A stretch of 64,000 nt of DNA from NCBI GenBank assembly GCA_951406725.2, contig OX597838.1, positions 10,974,001 to 11,038,000 on the forward strand, read 5' to 3'. A program made the translations under genes and the position numbers. This document shows, piece by piece, positions 63,337 through 64,000 of this stretch. The first letter of the stretch is position 1. The number at the start of each line of letters is the position of its first letter. The stretch comes from Octopus vulgaris (lineage: Eukaryota). The notes below the pieces were generated by a model. That model worked only from the letters and a program-made list of their open reading frames with translations, was not told the DNA's origin and ran no database searches.

Positions 63337-63570
63337 TCCAATCCCAATACCAGGTAGTGTGATACGAATAATGGGAAAGATCTGCTGCCATCCTGAGTTG
63401 CATGAAGAGTATGGTATAGCGAATAGAAAACAGTGAGTGAAGGTGGAGAGATAAGACACACACACACACCTTGAAGTCTCATATCAACACAAGGTTGAAA
63501 TATTTTTAAAGGTAGAAGTATAATTGATTAAATTTAGGGTTGGTTAACATAAATATTGAATGTTGACCAT

Positions 63571-63771
63571 AGGCGCAGGAGTGGCTGTGTGGTAAGTAGC
63601 TTGCTGACTGACCAAATGGTTCGGGGTTCAGTCCCACTGCGTAGCATCTTGGGCAAGTGTCTTCTGCTATAGCCTCGGGCTGACCAAAGCCTTGTGAGTG
63701 GATTTGGTAGACGAAAACTGAAAGAAGTCCATCGTTCCAAATTAATTAATTTCACCCTTCATTATTACGGG

Positions 63772-63804
<33 letters not shown>

Positions 63805-64000
63805 GCATGTGTGTGTTTGTATGCCTGTGTTTGTTCCTCTAGCATTGCTTGACAACCGATGATGGTGTGTTTACGTCCCCGTCACTTAGCAGTTCGGCAA
63901 AAGAAACCGATAGAATAAGTACTGGGCTTACAAAAAATAAGTCCCGGGGTCGATTTGCTCGACTAAAGGCAGTGCTCCAGCATGGCCGCAGTCAAATGAC
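63571..64000 (+). mobile_element. SINE family A running off the window end
   Basis: Full head and body; ~40-bp AT-rich insert at the internal microsatellite. Confidence 0.9.

Noticed and set aside
262-63755. Most ORFs in the supplied track ([20 protein letters not shown] runs and recurring GYSRRHLPKV / TEPGTMW peptides)
   Set aside because: They are translations of microsatellites and SINE copies, not genes.

Overview
AT-rich, repeat-saturated animal genomic DNA. The SINE families, the (TA)n/(CA)n/(AAT)n/(GAT)n microsatellites and the overall architecture strongly suggest an octopus (coleoid cephalopod) genome; this is recognition from memory, not a database result. Almost every ORF in the supplied track is a microsatellite or SINE artefact. 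Host coding sequence is limited to a few short candidate exons near the middle. On the minus strand there is a well-supported coiled-coil exon (33486-33606) and a probable terminal exon (31769-31797). On the plus strand there is a possible convergent pair (27148-27176, 29064-29117). The rest consists of several tRNA-derived SINE families with swapped modules, an RTE-tailed repeat with internal tandem hairpin units, hAT/piggyBac/mariner-type MITEs, a Helitron-like fragment, a Gypsy integrase relic and R4/Dong relics. The most interesting signal is a set of short non-coding elements sitting in microsatellites that carry minimal type-I hammerhead ribozyme motifs with palindromic helix III (13686-13751 minus is intact; also 52552, 13385, 34655, 11271, 38243). 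They occur alongside many fold-back inverted repeats. Together these look like a Penelope-derived or retrozyme-like ecosystem. All coordinates were counted by hand and repeat boundaries may be off by a few bases.
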